Shown: positions 37,916 to 48,548 of the stretch, one piece after another
How positions within the stretch are numbered: position 1 is the stretch's first letter
Layout: each line of letters opens with the position of its first letter
From: an uncultured virus (IMG/VR IMGVR_UViG_3300025648_000023)
Lineage: Duplodnaviria > Heunggongvirae > Uroviricota > Caudoviricetes
DNA: 64,000 bases
IMG/VR virus record: IMGVR_UViG_3300025648_000023
Direction: 5' to 3' (one strand)
Position numbers and translations under genes: made by a program
The notes under the pieces: generated by a model
What the model was told of the DNA's origin: nothing
What the model saw: only the letters and a program-made list of their open reading frames with translations
The model's database searches: none

Positions 37916-39481
37916 ATGGCAATACCTTCATTTAGCAACTCGCCTAGATTCCAACAAAAACCTTTTACGGTTGATGGGTTATTGACAATGGCAAATTTAA
38001 ACCAAGCGATAGGGGCTATCACTTGGACAGGTTCAGCGCAGAATGCGTTAGGTTTGAATAAGAATGACCTGCAAGGGACTACATTCCAGAAGAACATCAT
38101 TCACGAATTGATTAACCTAAAAGGGGAAAACATAGATTACAACTTTATGTTTGACTTGTTCAATACAGGGGAAACAATGGTGAACACTAAGCGTTTCTAC
38201 AACAGGTATGCAGGTGAGCCAAACTTTAATATTTACTTTGGTGCTACTGTAACAAGTACTGCAACAACTGTAAACGGTATTACTACCCAAATTGCAACAG
38301 GTACTATCATACCTTCAAACCACAGCCAAAACGGGGTTTACTCTTTGCCATCAGCAGGGTATCGTATCTTGGATAAAGAAACGAACACAATGTATGAAGT
38401 AGTTGCAAAGGATTCAAGTATCCCTAATGCACATAAAATCCAAGTGCGTTCTTTGGCTTCAAACACAACCCCTATTACTTTGTATGCCAACAAGCCTTAC
38501 TTAGTATTGGAGGCGGTTGCGGTAGGTGGTTATTCTTGTGCTATCCCTAAAGAAAGTTTTGAAACTTTAGGTTGGGCTAGAGAAAACTATTTCCTAAGAG
38601 CAAGAAAAGATGCTTCTTATCAAATTGATACTTTGCGTGGTTTGTTAGACCAAGCACGTTATGCAGTATTCATTGATGCAGAAGGTAAAGAGTTTGATGC
38701 TTTCGATACTTATGAAATGCAACAACTTAGAAAGAAACTAAGATATTTCTTGAATATCCACTGCTTTAGCGGTAGTCCCGATTTCAACTCTGTATATCAA
38801 AATACAGGCGGTTTGACAAATCAAGGTCTTGATAGTTGGACTATTGGTTTCTACGGTATGAACCCTTCATTGTTTTATGGTGGTGCTTCATTGATTCCTT
38901 TCTCTGCATCTATTGGATTTGATTGGGAAAGTGATTACGAACCATTCTTGCTTTACAATGATGGCTTTAAGAGAACAAAAGAATTTACTGCTTTGGGAGG
39001 CTTAGGGTTCAACCTTAAAACAGTTGACCGTACAAATAAATTGGTTGCCCGTACAGTAGTAGGTACACTTGCTTTCGATGCTTTCAAAAGAAGTGCAAAT
39101 GAAAGAGGTGAAAAAGATGCCGAAACAGCAATCAACAAAATCGGTCTTTCTGCATACTCTTATAAGGGTCGTGTAGTGACATTGAAAGAACTTGGTGCTT
39201 TAAGTGATGAACGTTCAATAGGTTCTGATAACAACCGTTACATATCTTACTTTATGCCTCACGGCGGTTTGACAGACGGTAACGGTAAAGAATTGAAAGC
39301 TATGGAGTTCTATCAAATCCAAAGCAATCAATGGGGTGGTGCTTACACAGAACACTACCGTGACTTGCGTAACCTTGCAGGTGGTTGTGAAGCAATCGAA
39401 ATTGATTGTGAAGAATCAATGTGTATGATTTTGCATAACGCAGAGTTCTGGGCAGTTGCACAAGGTTATCAAAACAACTAA
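37916..39481 (+). CDS. major capsid protein
   Basis: 521 aa after the scaffold; codon usage typical of high expression (TTC, AAC, ATC, GGT); HK97-like C-terminal strands. Confidence 0.75.
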   Translation: MAIPSFSNSPRFQQKPFTVDGLLTMANLNQAIGAITWTGSAQNALGLNKNDLQGTTFQKNIIHELINLKGENIDYNFMFDLFNTGETMVNTKRFYNRYAGEPNFNIYFGATVTSTATTVNGITTQIATGTIIPSNHSQNGVYSLPSAGYRILDKETNTMYEVVAKDSSIPNAHKIQVRSLASNTTPITLYANKPYLVLEAVAVGGYSCAIPKESFETLGWARENYFLRARKDASYQIDTLRGLLDQARYAVFIDAEGKEFDAFDTYEMQQLRKKLRYFLNIHCFSGSPDFNSVYQNTGGLTNQGLDSWTIGFYGMNPSLFYGGASLIPFSASIGFDWESDYEPFLLYNDGFKRTKEFTALGGLGFNLKTVDRTNKLVARTVVGTLAFDAFKRSANERGEKDAETAINKIGLSAYSYKGRVVTLKELGALSDERSIGSDNNRYISYFMPHGGLTDGNGKELKAMEFYQIQSNQWGGAYTEHYRDLRNLAGGCEAIEIDCEESMCMILHNAEFWAVAQGYQNN

Positions 39482-39503
39482 TTAAACAATAAAACGTAGA
39501 TAA

Positions 39504-40451
39504 ATGACAGAAGTAGCCACAGCTAAACCTTCTAGCAAAAAGAAAGAAGTACAGGTATTAATCTTTGAAAGTACTATTAAGGGGGATAGCGGATTTAGGA
39601 GAGAAATCGCCCCCAATGTAATGTCACAAAAGACAGAAGATGTAAAGTCTTTCCCTAGTGTGATTTACCTTCCTACAATTAGTTACAAGTGGGATGAAGA
39701 AGGGAATCAAATCCCAATTAGGTATGTAAAAGGAATCTATGAAAACGAGATTACCAAATTACAAGCCAAAGGCATCCAAACTAGAACCAATGAAAACGGG
39801 GAGTATATCCCTAGTGGGGAGAAAATAAAGATACCAAACGGTATCCTAGTTCTTAAAGACGAAGGTGACAGGGGGATGTTTTCTTTTATGAGGGATTGCG
39901 CCTTTAACGAGAATGCAACAAACAGACCTGATGGGGATACATCAAAGAAGTTCTTTAAAGTAATTGAGCCTTTGAAAGACGAGGAACAATTTAACGACAG
40001 GTGGATAGTAAGTAACAAGGCTATTGGGTATGTTGCTAACTTAGTCAAGAAAGAAGGGGGCAAAAACGTTTACCAAACAACTAAGATTGATACATTGTTA
40101 TCATTGTTCAATGCTTACGGTGGCGATACATACTCACAAAAATTAACAGTATTGGCAGGTATGGCAAGTGCAGACCCCGAAACGTTCCTTAATACTATTA
40201 CCACTTTGGATGATAATGTAACAACATTGATTGTCCACGCAAAAGAGTTGCAAGTTATAAACATAGGGGCAAATACAGCCTCATTTGTTGACGACAATAA
40301 GGTATTGGCTAATTACGAAGGTAAAAATTTAAGCGAAAAGACTAAGATTAAACAAATCGCAGAATTGCTTAAAACACCTGAATATGCAGCTAAATATCAA
40401 GAGTTGATTGCAAAGGTTGACTTAAAAGAAAAACAAGTTTCAGAAAATTAA
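39504..40451 (+). CDS. conserved virion-module protein downstream of MCP
   Basis: IRYVKG..., IKIPNGILVL and FFKVIEP; position typical of crAss-like head modules. Confidence 0.5.
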   Translation: MTEVATAKPSSKKKEVQVLIFESTIKGDSGFRREIAPNVMSQKTEDVKSFPSVIYLPTISYKWDEEGNQIPIRYVKGIYENEITKLQAKGIQTRTNENGEYIPSGEKIKIPNGILVLKDEGDRGMFSFMRDCAFNENATNRPDGDTSKKFFKVIEPLKDEEQFNDRWIVSNKAIGYVANLVKKEGGKNVYQTTKIDTLLSLFNAYGGDTYSQKLTVLAGMASADPETFLNTITTLDDNVTTLIVHAKELQVINIGANTASFVDDNKVLANYEGKNLSEKTKIKQIAELLKTPEYAAKYQELIAKVDLKEKQVSEN

Positions 40452-40463
40452 ACAATATAAATT

Positions 40464-41195
40464 ATGATACAAGCGTTAGTATTAAGAAAAGGGAATCAGA
40501 TTGATTTCGTGAAATCCCAACTAATAGGTTCTTTACAAGAAATTGCTACCCCTTTAGAGGGCGGTCACTTAGACGGCGATTATTATGCAGTTCCTGTTAA
40601 TGAGGGGTTTGTTTCCGATTACGACTATATCCCTTATAACCTTGCAGACAGCCCTAATCAGCCATTACCATTGTGGGGTATCCCTGTATTCAAATTGTCT
40701 ATGACTAATAGTTCAGACAGTTGGATAGTAGTAGGTACTTCTGCACAATATGTAACTGCTTCCAATGGGGGTACTGCATTGCCAACTACAACTGCATACT
40801 TGAATGGTTCAGCCAACCCTTACAATTCTGTTTATTACATTCACGGGGCTGCAACGCTTTATGGGGTACAAACAGTATATGGTGCAGATGTAAACGGTAA
40901 CACAACAGTTAATCTAGCATTGCCTACCTTGTCAGGTAGCTTGCAACTATTCCCTTTTGCAAACGTGAATGGTACAGAAGCATATCCTACTGCATCAATA
41001 GCAGGTACAACTTATACAACCCCTGCAAACCTATTGACATTTGCAAATGCACATTGGACTACAATCGGTTCTACTACTTTCACTTGGGCTTTAAGTTCTG
41101 ATAACCTTACCTTGATTGGTACGATTACAAACTTTAGTGCTACCACTCCAATAGTATTTGGTGGTGGTGTGATTGCGGTGAACCCTGCACTTTAA
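40464..41195 (+). CDS. putative capsid decoration/structural protein (paralog A)
   Basis: T/G/S-rich beta protein similar to the next ORF. Confidence 0.55.
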   Translation: MIQALVLRKGNQIDFVKSQLIGSLQEIATPLEGGHLDGDYYAVPVNEGFVSDYDYIPYNLADSPNQPLPLWGIPVFKLSMTNSSDSWIVVGTSAQYVTASNGGTALPTTTAYLNGSANPYNSVYYIHGAATLYGVQTVYGADVNGNTTVNLALPTLSGSLQLFPFANVNGTEAYPTASIAGTTYTTPANLLTFANAHWTTIGSTTFTWALSSDNLTLIGTITNFSATTPIVFGGGVIAVNPAL

Positions 41196-41214
41196 TAGTA
41201 AATAAAAGTAATTA

Positions 41215-41994
41215 ATGTCAACACCTGCTCCTTATATTTTTGGTAATACCGTTGCGGCGTGTGTCTTAAACGAAAACGGGATAGACTTCCTTGATAGGGT
41301 AAACGGTCTATCCTGTTCTCCAAAGGCATTGTATGTTCCAACAAAGGCATCTGATTTAAAGTTTGATAACTACGATAGATGGGCTGTACCTATTTCAGAT
41401 AATGGTGTTTTTACGGGGTTTGATTACAATACATTAAGGACGGGGCAATATTACTTAACCCCACCTACCGTAGATAGCCTTCCTTGTTTCTTAATTAAAG
41501 AACCTAGAACATCTAAGTATTGGTACATATTTGGGGAATTGACAGATTTGATGGCAGCAGCTAGTGTCCAAAGTGGGGGTACGGTTATATTGATGCAAGG
41601 TATTGTACAAATAACAGACCCATTTAATTCACCTAGACAAATTTTTGCAGTTGACCCTACATTGTTCCCTAAAGTAATTATACCACAAGTAAGTATCAAT
41701 CAAACAAATGATGGGACTATTACTTACTTTGCGGCAGGGGTTAATTACACAACCGTAGCGTTGCCAACACTAAGTGATTCTTTAAAATATTTCCCACAAG
41801 GGATTATCAATAACGTGTTTCTTCCAACAGCACCAACTACATATTCTACACCCGCAGCATTGTTGACATACTTAAACGCAAATTATACAAACGGGGGTGA
41901 AATTACTTGGTATCTTGATTCGACTAATTCAACATTATTCGCAACAGGATTTACTTTGGGGGATAACTTTGGTACAGTAATAACAGCCGTGTAA
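41215..41994 (+). CDS. putative capsid decoration/structural protein (paralog B)
   Basis: Shares ALPTLS.SL..FP and Y.TPA.LLT..NA..T with 40464-41195. Confidence 0.55.
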   Translation: MSTPAPYIFGNTVAACVLNENGIDFLDRVNGLSCSPKALYVPTKASDLKFDNYDRWAVPISDNGVFTGFDYNTLRTGQYYLTPPTVDSLPCFLIKEPRTSKYWYIFGELTDLMAAASVQSGGTVILMQGIVQITDPFNSPRQIFAVDPTLFPKVIIPQVSINQTNDGTITYFAAGVNYTTVALPTLSDSLKYFPQGIINNVFLPTAPTTYSTPAALLTYLNANYTNGGEITWYLDSTNSTLFATGFTLGDNFGTVITAV

Positions 41995-42029
41995 ATAGTT
42001 GCCCATTGCGCTGTGGGTGGTGGGTAATA

Positions 42030-42065
42030 GGGCGGCTGATTTTCGGTTCGCCCTTTTTGTTTTTA
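42030..42065 (+). terminator. intrinsic terminator after the capsid genes
   Basis: GGGCGGCTGA-ttt-TCGGTTCGCCC hairpin followed by TTTTTGTTTTTT. Confidence 0.7.
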
Positions 42066-42077
42066 AAAATTTAGAAT

Positions 42078-44672
42078 ATGTCATTAGTAATAACAAATTC
42101 TCCCGATATAGGTCTTTTAAGGGTAGCCGTAACTTTTGATTTGACACAAAATGTTGATTCAAATGGCAACGTACAGCCAACCCCTAAAGTAAAACTACAA
42201 AATCTTAGTACGGGAACAAACCTACAAAATGTATCATACGCATTTTTGGTAATATCACCTTCACAAACAATCATACATAACGGGGATATTAGTAATCCTG
42301 ATATTGTGGGGGTTTGGTATAATACGGTATTGGACGATAGATTCCCTATGCCCGCAGGTAATATAGAATTTTCCCCTGTACCTTTTACATTTCAAGTAAC
42401 TTGTCAGGATAGTGTAGGGAATATATATACCGCCCCTGTACAAAATGCTACAATAATAAGACCAAATGGGAATACTACTGCTTCGCAGGATATGACAGGT
42501 TTGGCATCTACAATAGCAACGGTACAATGTAGCCAACAAAGCGTTTTATTCCAAGACCAAACAAATTATGGTTACAATGGTTTGATAGGCACACAAATAT
42601 CATCTACACTAAGCCTTAAATATCCTTTGGATGGGACAGGGACAAGCCCAATCCCTTTTGTGGCTAATAATTATGCCGTATGTTCTGCCCCACTTACAGT
42701 AAGTTCAGATGCTTATGAATTTGTACAAAACTCTATTTACAATTACGCATACGGTAATGATACTTATGTAACCATACTTTACTTCCAAAGAAAGACATTT
42801 GCTGCATTATGTAATATTGACCTTTCCCCTTTAGTATGTGAAATAACTAAATTAGAGGATACTATCAGATATGGTACTTGTGTGGATATATCTGCCGCAA
42901 GAGACCAATTAATGCAAATTAATAGCCTTTTTATACAAGTAGTAATTGGCTTATGGCAGCCACTTACGGGCGTGGATGTCCCTGCAACTATTGAAAAGAT
43001 AAAACGTATTGGTAAATTTTCTTGTAATTGTTATGGCATTGGGTCAGGGATAGTTACGGGTAAAAATGCAATATCAAACGGAATAAACTACATACTTAAT
43101 CCTAGTGGGGATATAACAGGGTCTTATTCTGCAACAGGGAATAACGTAACCCTTACAATAGGAGATATTACTTATCTAGTGGCAGTTGACCCTTCAAATG
43201 AAGATGCTTATTCTTGGAGTACTTCTGTTTCGGGAGACCAAAAGACATACACTCTAAAAGTAAACGAAGCAGTACTTGCACAAGATTTGGTTAATGCTAT
43301 TTTGGCTAACCCCAATTTGATAAACCAATTAAACCAAAGCAGCAACTTTGATATAATAGTAGACGGGAAATGCGTATTCAATAGTAGTGTAGCAAATAAC
43401 TACACTTTCACATTGTCCAATATCCCAACAGGGGTAGGTGTGTATGCAATATTGACTTCTTTCCAACTACAAAGCGAAAGTATCCTTACTAACTTTACTT
43501 TCAATACTAATAACTTACCTGCACTACAAACATATCTTAACACTTTAGGGATAGGTACTTTTTCAGTAAGTGGGGATTCCCCCGCAGATGGCACTATTCA
43601 TATAGTATCTAACACTAATCCTAATGTAATCATAGGGCTTAACTATTCAGTTGCTAGTTCTAATTATGCGGCTACATTTACTAAGACAAGTGGGGGGTAT
43701 GTTCCTATCCCTGCACAAACAGTAATACAGAATATAATCAATAAAATCTGTACACTAGATACTAGCGAAGTATTCACATCCCAATCTTATACCGTTCCTG
43801 CTTTAAATAATTCAACAGGATTAGAGCAAGATATAGTAGTAGCACAAGGGGGTGAATTAGATATTTACATACAAGCGGTAAATACTGCTTTAGGTAGTTT
43901 AGTTTCTTATTCTTTAGGGAATAAAGGAACAAATTGTAATGTAGTCAAGGGGGTTTTTGGTACACCTGCAAGTTCTGTTTTATCTACTGATATATTGTTA
44001 GGTGTTTTTGCTAATGCGTGCGGGTTCGCAACTCCCCTACAATTAGCAAGGGCTATAATGGCAATAGGTATCACAGATACACAATTCTTGAATAATTTTT
44101 GCATAGCATCGACTATTTGTGCAAATACAACAAGTTGTCCACTTATACTTTCTTTCTTATATAATATTTCGGGGACACATTTGAATATTACCAAGTTGGC
44201 TTTTGACACAATACCTACATCAGCACAAACAGTAACAGTCCTTTATCGTGTTAGTGGACATTCCCCTGCATATCCTTATACAACATATTCTACCGCAATA
44301 ACAGTAGGTAGCAATGGGTATTTAGTTACACCTGTAAGTATTCCTGTTACGGTGGGGGTTACTTACGATATTCAAGTATTGCAAAATTGTTCAAGTCCTG
44401 CAAGCGGAGTAGAACAAACAATATTAGTTACGCCACCATCAATAGCGACAGTAGTACAATTAGGTACAGTACTTACAACGGCGGTTTGTAGCCAACCTTA
44501 TACCACCATTTATACGACTTCTTCTTTTGCTAGTGGGGTTACACTATATACAGATAGTGGCACATCAATACCTATTTCAAACACTATTACAGCAGTTGCA
44601 TTAGGGGATGGTACTATATGGGCAGTAACAAATGCGGTAGTAGGTGCATTACAATCAATAAATTGCCCTTAA
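42078..44672 (+). CDS. structural protein (tail hub/fibre-like, with Ig/Fn3-like C-terminal domain)
   Basis: 864 aa, T/S/N-rich with Cys pairs; VLYRVSG...TYDIQVLQNC is Fn3-like; no signal peptide. Confidence 0.55.
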   Translation: MSLVITNSPDIGLLRVAVTFDLTQNVDSNGNVQPTPKVKLQNLSTGTNLQNVSYAFLVISPSQTIIHNGDISNPDIVGVWYNTVLDDRFPMPAGNIEFSPVPFTFQVTCQDSVGNIYTAPVQNATIIRPNGNTTASQDMTGLASTIATVQCSQQSVLFQDQTNYGYNGLIGTQISSTLSLKYPLDGTGTSPIPFVANNYAVCSAPLTVSSDAYEFVQNSIYNYAYGNDTYVTILYFQRKTFAALCNIDLSPLVCEITKLEDTIRYGTCVDISAARDQLMQINSLFIQVVIGLWQPLTGVDVPATIEKIKRIGKFSCNCYGIGSGIVTGKNAISNGINYILNPSGDITGSYSATGNNVTLTIGDITYLVAVDPSNEDAYSWSTSVSGDQKTYTLKVNEAVLAQDLVNAILANPNLINQLNQSSNFDIIVDGKCVFNSSVANNYTFTLSNIPTGVGVYAILTSFQLQSESILTNFTFNTNNLPALQTYLNTLGIGTFSVSGDSPADGTIHIVSNTNPNVIIGLNYSVASSNYAATFTKTSGGYVPIPAQTVIQNIINKICTLDTSEVFTSQSYTVPALNNSTGLEQDIVVAQGGELDIYIQAVNTALGSLVSYSLGNKGTNCNVVKGVFGTPASSVLSTDILLGVFANACGFATPLQLARAIMAIGITDTQFLNNFCIASTICANTTSCPLILSFLYNISGTHLNITKLAFDTIPTSAQTVTVLYRVSGHSPAYPYTTYSTAITVGSNGYLVTPVSIPVTVGVTYDIQVLQNCSSPASGVEQTILVTPPSIATVVQLGTVLTTAVCSQPYTTIYTTSSFASGVTLYTDSGTSIPISNTITAVALGDGTIWAVTNAVVGALQSINCP

Positions 44673-44675
44673 TAG

Positions 44676-45473
44676 ATGATAGATTCATACGACTTATATC
44701 AAGATTTATGTTCGGAAGCCAATACGTTTCAAGGGGGGTTTATCCCCCCTGCTACGGTATTCATAAGGCATCTTAATCTTATTAACTATGAGTTATGGGA
44801 AATGGGATGCCGTGAATCAGAAAAAAGCCAAGAATGGAGGGATAATATGCGCCCGTTTTTAGTTTCTCAAAATATCATAACAAACCCCGCTACATCATAC
44901 TACACTACTGCTAATATACCTAAAGACTACGGAAGGTTATTCAAAGCAGGGATGATAACAGTAAAGACAGATGATAGTGTAATAACAATCCCCAACGATA
45001 AAGTAAACAAAGGATTGTGTTACAAAGATGAAGATAATCAAGAAGTAACTCCGCCTGCACAAAGCATTAATGACTACTTAAATAGCATAAGAGAAGTAGA
45101 TATTACAGAGGTAGACTTACAACGTTGGGATGCTTGTTTAAACCACGAATTTGAAGATAAAAGACCTTCAATGAGTAAACCTAAAATGGTACAGGTAAAC
45201 GGGGGATTCAACGTAGCCCCTAGAGATGTAAGCGTTGTTGTCCTATATTATTTTAGATTGCCAAAACAAGCTACATTTGCATACACAACAACAACCCCCA
45301 ATTTAAACACGGGTGCAGGGGGGCAAATAGTTTATGATTCAAAAAATAGCCAACAATTAGAGTGGGGGGTAAACCTTAAAAACGAATTTGTTGGAAGATT
45401 ATTAGAGAAGTTTGGAATAGTTACTAGAGACCAATTTATAGAACAATACTCATTGCATAGAAATAAAGGATAA
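44676..45473 (+). CDS. tail ring protein (crAss-like tubular/adaptor)
   Basis: NTFQGGFIPP..F, RPFL, IPKDY and LYYFRLPK motifs. Confidence 0.6.
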   Translation: MIDSYDLYQDLCSEANTFQGGFIPPATVFIRHLNLINYELWEMGCRESEKSQEWRDNMRPFLVSQNIITNPATSYYTTANIPKDYGRLFKAGMITVKTDDSVITIPNDKVNKGLCYKDEDNQEVTPPAQSINDYLNSIREVDITEVDLQRWDACLNHEFEDKRPSMSKPKMVQVNGGFNVAPRDVSVVVLYYFRLPKQATFAYTTTTPNLNTGAGGQIVYDSKNSQQLEWGVNLKNEFVGRLLEKFGIVTRDQFIEQYSLHRNKG

Positions 45474-46271
45474 ATGATTTACCCAAATGTTACATATCAA
45501 ACCTTAGCGGCTCTATTACAAGACACGAATACTATTTGGATACCAAATGGGGTTGGGGATATAACGGGTATTTTTGGTAATGCACAGATAAATGGGTTGG
45601 CTAAATTTATCCAACAATCCCCCCTTAATTGGAACGGGGCTAAAACTATAACAACAGGGGGGGATATAACATTATCAAACGGGGTAACGGTAATAAGTGG
45701 CATAACCCCTACTTCTATCACTTTTGGGGACAATGTATATAACGAATGGATTATAATAAACCTAACAGGGGATGATGTGAACCTTGCAAGCGGTAAAGTC
45801 TACTATACTTCTTTTGGTGAACAACTTAATTATATCCCTGCAAATCAGGCTTTAAGGATAAGCAAAGGGATAAACTCACTATGGTATCAATCCAATAACT
45901 TTACATCAACTAGCGGCAGCGGAAATACCGTATTCAATGAGATAGATGCAATAGTAGGAGTGGATTCCCCCATTATAATTCCTGCAAACGCCACTACATA
46001 TACTATAAATTCTGCTAATATAGCAACTAAATCAGTAAAGGTATATATAGACGGCACAAGAATATTTCCAAATATTGTAGGGCAACTTAGCGTAGATATA
46101 GTTTATACCCCTACCTTTGTCACAATTACATTCTTTAACTATTCCATAGATAACCCAACAGAGAACTTAGGATTACAATATGGGATGAAAGTAATAATAG
46201 ATTATGCGATTAGTAGTGGGGGGAGTTCGGTAGATACATTTGATAATACATTTGACAATACGTTTAGTTAA
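45474..46271 (+). CDS. tail-associated structural protein
   Basis: IPNGVGDITG N-terminus, SVKVYIDG, and a C-terminal DTFDNTFDNTFS repeat. Confidence 0.55.
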   Translation: MIYPNVTYQTLAALLQDTNTIWIPNGVGDITGIFGNAQINGLAKFIQQSPLNWNGAKTITTGGDITLSNGVTVISGITPTSITFGDNVYNEWIIINLTGDDVNLASGKVYYTSFGEQLNYIPANQALRISKGINSLWYQSNNFTSTSGSGNTVFNEIDAIVGVDSPIIIPANATTYTINSANIATKSVKVYIDGTRIFPNIVGQLSVDIVYTPTFVTITFFNYSIDNPTENLGLQYGMKVIIDYAISSGGSSVDTFDNTFDNTFS

Positions 46272-46287
46272 AAATTAAAATAGATAT

Positions 46288-47346
46288 ATGAAGAAAGTTA
46301 TTTTATTAGTTTTGTTGGGGCTTGTTTACTTTGAGGGGAAATCCCAATTAACGGATGCTCAATTAATAGCACAAGCAGATACAATAAAAAATGAAACAAG
46401 GGCAGGGGCAAATACTGCGACAAGGGTTGGAAGGATGTTTGAAAACATTATCTACAACAAGATAAATAATTCAAAATTTATTGATAGTACTAAAATACCT
46501 TATTTGGCTAAGAATAATAATTTTACAGGCAATAATACTTTCCCCAATATAAACGTAAGTAACAATAACGATGCAAGTGGGTTATCAGTAAATGGGGACA
46601 TTACTACAATAGGAGATATTAATAATAATGATGCAGGAACTGCCCTATCAATAGACGGGCATTATAATACATTGACAATAAATGGTCTTTTGGGGTTTAC
46701 TAGCGGTCAATTAATATCATCAATATCTACCGATACCGCAATGACAAGTTATTCAAATGCAATATTGCCCACACAAAACGCAGTAAAGTCTTATGTTACA
46801 AATCACACGCCTAATGTTAGTGGTTTTCAAACTGTTTCTAATTTATCAAATTCATTAATTAGCGATAGTTCTAGTACAACTAAATATCCAACAGTTCAAT
46901 CGGTAGGTAGATATGCACAATCTTTAAGCAACCTTTCAAATAACGTCACATCAGACAGTGCAAGTACAACCAAATATCCTAGTGTAAATGCAGTAAAAAG
47001 ATATGTTCAAGCAAATTCATCATCATTGCCATATACAGAGTATGCTTGCTTGATAACACAAACATCTACTTCTGCACCTACATTAACAGTGTTGTCTAAT
47101 AACACGGGGGGGACTTTTACAGCAACAAGGGTTGCAAGCGGTTATTATACAATAACATTTTCAGGCGTAACTACTACAACATCAAAGATGTTCCCTATAA
47201 TTTCATGCACCAATGCGCAAGGGTTGATAGTTAGTGCTTATTCTCAAACAAGTACTACTATAACTATTCAATCTCTTAATTTAAGCGGGATACCTACTGA
47301 TGGTATAATGACAAATACTCCATTTTTTATTAGATTTTACCCTTAA
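46288..47346 (+). CDS. tail-fibre-like protein with Sec signal peptide
   Basis: Signal MKKVILLVLLGLVYFEGKS|Q; IKNETRAGANTATRVG motif; two 30-aa STTKYP repeats. Confidence 0.65.
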   Translation: MKKVILLVLLGLVYFEGKSQLTDAQLIAQADTIKNETRAGANTATRVGRMFENIIYNKINNSKFIDSTKIPYLAKNNNFTGNNTFPNINVSNNNDASGLSVNGDITTIGDINNNDAGTALSIDGHYNTLTINGLLGFTSGQLISSISTDTAMTSYSNAILPTQNAVKSYVTNHTPNVSGFQTVSNLSNSLISDSSSTTKYPTVQSVGRYAQSLSNLSNNVTSDSASTTKYPSVNAVKRYVQANSSSLPYTEYACLITQTSTSAPTLTVLSNNTGGTFTATRVASGYYTITFSGVTTTTSKMFPIISCTNAQGLIVSAYSQTSTTITIQSLNLSGIPTDGIMTNTPFFIRFYP

Positions 47347-47364
47347 TAAATAACAATTAAATAA

Positions 47365-48546
47365 ATGAAGATACTATTAACTATATTATTAAGTTTGTTT
47401 TTGGTAGGGGGATTTTCGCAATCACTTCCTAATTGGCAACCCGTACAGAATGCCCCAATGAATTATTATCTATGGTATGGACAAAAAGATAGTGTTTATA
47501 TGTTTTCCCCTAAAGACACTTTTAACGCACGTTATCCAAGTATGGTAATGAGAAGTGACGGTACTATGTGGAAAACATTAGGAGGTAGTGCTAGTTGGAC
47601 TTCTTTAGGTGGCGGGGGTGCTAATGATAGTTCTTCTAATTTTTATTTGAAAGATACTCTTTACGCACACTACGATACCCTTTTTTGGATGAAGGGGACT
47701 AACACTTATTATACTAGGATAGATACTTTTTCGGCAAACCCAACTTTGTATGGGGCTTCTTTTGGAAAGTATGTGGCAGGGAATACCCCTATTTGGAAAG
47801 GGTTAACAGCTAGAGAAGCTATACTAGATGCGATAACACAATGTAATCACCCAAATTACGTTTCTCCAAATGCTACTATATCAGCAAGCCCTTCATTTGG
47901 ACAATATGAATATGGGACTAATTTAGGGACTATTACGTTAAGTAGCGGTTTTAGTCAAAATAACGGTGGTACACTTTCAAGTACTACTTACACAGCAAAC
48001 GGCACTCCACTAGGGGGGAATACATTTACTATATCATCCCTTACAACAACTAATACTGCCTTTGTAAATAAGGCATACGGGCAAGGTGCTTGTATAAATA
48101 ATAACTGTGGTCAATTAGACTGTACGGGTAGAATAAATGCAGGTAGTGTAAATAGCGGGACAAGTAATTATACTACAGGGTATAGACGTTATTATGGTTG
48201 GATTTTAGATACAACGGGAATAACAACTGGCGGGCAAGATTTAGCAATAAGGTCAGTTATAGATATTACTCAATTTAATACATCTGCCGTTTTCGGTAGT
48301 TCTATATCCCCAATAAGTACGGGGAATCCTCCAAGTGGGTCTGCTTATTACATATTTGGGTATGTTAGTTCAAGCCCTACAATGAGCGATATAGTAATAA
48401 ACGGTACACCATTAGGGATAAACGCCTTTAATGTTAATGTAAGGTCTAATTTTACTAATTCACAAGGCGCAACAGTATCAATAAGGATATATTACAATAA
48501 GAATAAGCAGTTTGGCTCTTTTTCAGTTTATACAACATCTAATTAA
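47365..48546 (+). CDS. fibre/appendage-like protein with Sec signal peptide
   Basis: Signal [32 protein letters not shown] and FTNSQG phage beta-domain motifs. Confidence 0.6.
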   Translation: MKILLTILLSLFLVGGFSQSLPNWQPVQNAPMNYYLWYGQKDSVYMFSPKDTFNARYPSMVMRSDGTMWKTLGGSASWTSLGGGGANDSSSNFYLKDTLYAHYDTLFWMKGTNTYYTRIDTFSANPTLYGASFGKYVAGNTPIWKGLTAREAILDAITQCNHPNYVSPNATISASPSFGQYEYGTNLGTITLSSGFSQNNGGTLSSTTYTANGTPLGGNTFTISSLTTTNTAFVNKAYGQGACINNNCGQLDCTGRINAGSVNSGTSNYTTGYRRYYGWILDTTGITTGGQDLAIRSVIDITQFNTSAVFGSSISPISTGNPPSGSAYYIFGYVSSSPTMSDIVINGTPLGINAFNVNVRSNFTNSQGATVSIRIYYNKNKQFGSFSVYTTSN

Positions 48547-48548
48547 AA

